Shown: positions 62,976 to 64,000 of the stretch, one piece after another
How the letters are laid out: the number at the start of each line of letters is the position of its first letter
Position numbering within the stretch: the first letter of the stretch is position 1
IMG/VR virus record: IMGVR_UViG_3300028833_000081
Coordinates: 71,731-135,730 of that record
Length of the DNA stretch: 64,000 nt
Strand: one strand, 5' to 3'
Source: a virus
Taxonomy: Duplodnaviria; Heunggongvirae; Uroviricota; Caudoviricetes
The notes under the pieces: model-generated
Told to the model about the DNA's origin: nothing
Databases searched by the model: none
What the model saw: only the letters and a program-made list of their open reading frames with translations
Position numbers and translations under genes: made by a program

Positions 62976-64000
62976 ATGGAAATCAATGCACTTACTATCA
63001 GTGCCATTGCAGTGGGAGCTCTCCTGCTGCTCCTCGCCTTCATTTTCATTATTGGATACGTTAAAGCTCCGCCTGATACCGCATATGTCATTTCCGGTAT
63101 CCGTAAACAGCCTCGCTTCCTCATTGGTCGAGCTGGTGTTCGTATTCCGTTCTTGGAACAGAAGGACGAGCTTGTACTCAAGGCTATTCAAGTCGATGTA
63201 AATACGTCCGATGAAATTCCCACAGCGGATTTCATCAATATTACTGTCGATGCAAACGTCAACGTACAAGTTGATACTGAACTAGAAAAGAAAGAAGAAG
63301 AACGTTCTGGATTGCTTCAGAAAGCCGCTAGAAACTTCCTCAATCTTAAGGAAAAAGACATCATGGCAATGGTTCGACCAGTTCTTGAAGGTAATGTTCG
63401 AGAAATCGTTGGCAAGATGAATCTCAAAGCTATGGTGAATGATCGCCAGAAATTCTCTACTCTGGTTTCTGAAAACGTGCAGCCTGACCTTGCTGCCATG
63501 GGCTTAAAGCTCGTGTCTTTTAATGTGCAGAACTTTAAGGACAAGGAAGGCACTATTAGGAACATGGGTATCGACAATATTGAAGCAATCCGTAAGGATG
63601 CTGAAATCGCAAAGTCAAATGCCCAGAGAGATATTCGCATTGCTAAGGCTGAAGCTGACAATGAAGCCAGCATTGCAGAAGTAAAGTCTAAAACTGCAGT
63701 CGCCGAACGTGAGACTGATCTTGCTATCAAGAAGGCAGACCTCAAGAAGAAGTCTGATATCCAAGAAGCAATCGCCGATGCTGCTAAGGGCATCGAAGCC
63801 GCTAATCAGCAGAAAACCTTGAATATCACGGAAGCCGAAGCTGAAACTGCAAAGCAGATGAAGCTCATCGAAGTCCGTCAGGAAGAAGCTAATGTTACCG
63901 AAAAGGAACTTGTTGCCAAGGTGATTCGTCCGGCTGAAGCTGCAAAGCAAGCCACTATCATTAAGGCTGAAGGTGAACAGAAGGCTAAGCTCATTGCTGC
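62976..64000 (+). CDS. SPFH/band-7 (flotillin/YqiK-like) membrane protein, 3' end beyond window
   Basis: N-terminal TM (ISAIAVGALLLLLAFIFIIGYV). Then VKAPPDTAYVISGIRKQPRFLIGRAGVRIPFLEQ, typical of the SPFH domain start. Long Ala/Glu/Lys coiled-coil flotillin-like region. RBS acaaggaaaaaacacatg. Absent from the track because no stop lies in the window. Confidence 0.7.
   Translation, partial: MEINALTISAIAVGALLLLLAFIFIIGYVKAPPDTAYVISGIRKQPRFLIGRAGVRIPFLEQKDELVLKAIQVDVNTSDEIPTADFINITVDANVNVQVDTELEKKEEERSGLLQKAARNFLNLKEKDIMAMVRPVLEGNVREIVGKMNLKAMVNDRQKFSTLVSENVQPDLAAMGLKLVSFNVQNFKDKEGTIRNMGIDNIEAIRKDAEIAKSNAQRDIRIAKAEADNEASIAEVKSKTAVAERETDLAIKKADLKKKSDIQEAIADAAKGIEAANQQKTLNITEAEAETAKQMKLIEVRQEEANVTEKELVAKVIRPAEAAKQATIIKAEGEQKAKLIA

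Noticed and set aside
1-64000. CRISPR arrays, rRNA genes, transposase or IS elements
   Set aside because: No regularly spaced direct repeats with unique spacers. No rRNA-like conserved stretches. No DDE or serine-recombinase ORFs recognised. The only long exact repeats are the promoter cassettes.

Overview
This window reads as part of a large, non-integrated dsDNA phage genome from an anaerobic, probably Bacteroidetes-like host. The supports are a class III anaerobic ribonucleotide reductase (NrdD), low GC with AT-rich codons, and promoter-like boxes with an upstream TTTG and a TATATTA(A/T)A box resembling Bacteroides -33/-7 promoters. No integrase, CRISPR array or rRNA is present.

Layout:
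- (a) 1-11343: minus-strand structural block with two giant proteins (about 1529 and 1697 aa, the second Ser/Thr/Asn-rich and fibre-like), a GC3-rich small gene between them, and a 218-aa gene.
- (b) 11431-17814: accessory block containing an intact patatin-like phospholipase next to a soluble FtsH-like P-loop ATPase/M41 metalloprotease fusion, and a protein with a histone-H1-like N-terminus.
- (c) 17858-20446: putative portal gene (acidic C-terminus), followed by a roughly 560-nt GC-rich, palindrome- and hairpin-dense non-coding island.
- (d) 22303-30261: NrdD, a P-loop (Pnk-like) kinase, and a Stealth-family sugar-1-phosphotransferase fused to a second glycosyltransferase-like domain.
- (e) 30302-32461: a 719-aa minus-strand structural protein.
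- (f) 32540-62944: a long plus-strand array of small and mid-size genes. Many are delimited by a repeated hairpin-terminator plus promoter cassette, with exact 32- and about 42-nt direct repeats. The array includes a SpoVG homolog, a NadE-like protein with a degenerate PP-loop, a 5x tandem helix-turn-helix repeat protein, several zinc-ribbon and membrane mini-proteins, a PspA/IM30-like protein and a cluster of secreted or membrane proteins.
- (g) 62976-64000: a 5'-partial SPFH/flotillin-like gene running off the window.

A single minus-strand tRNA (42355-42431) has an unusual anticodon loop (A at position 33). The most likely candidates for a new system are the patatin plus soluble FtsH-like protease module, the GC-rich structured non-coding islands, the membrane-remodelling pair (PspA-like and flotillin-like), and the Stealth enzyme. 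All functional calls rest on motif-level reading of the translations without database searches.
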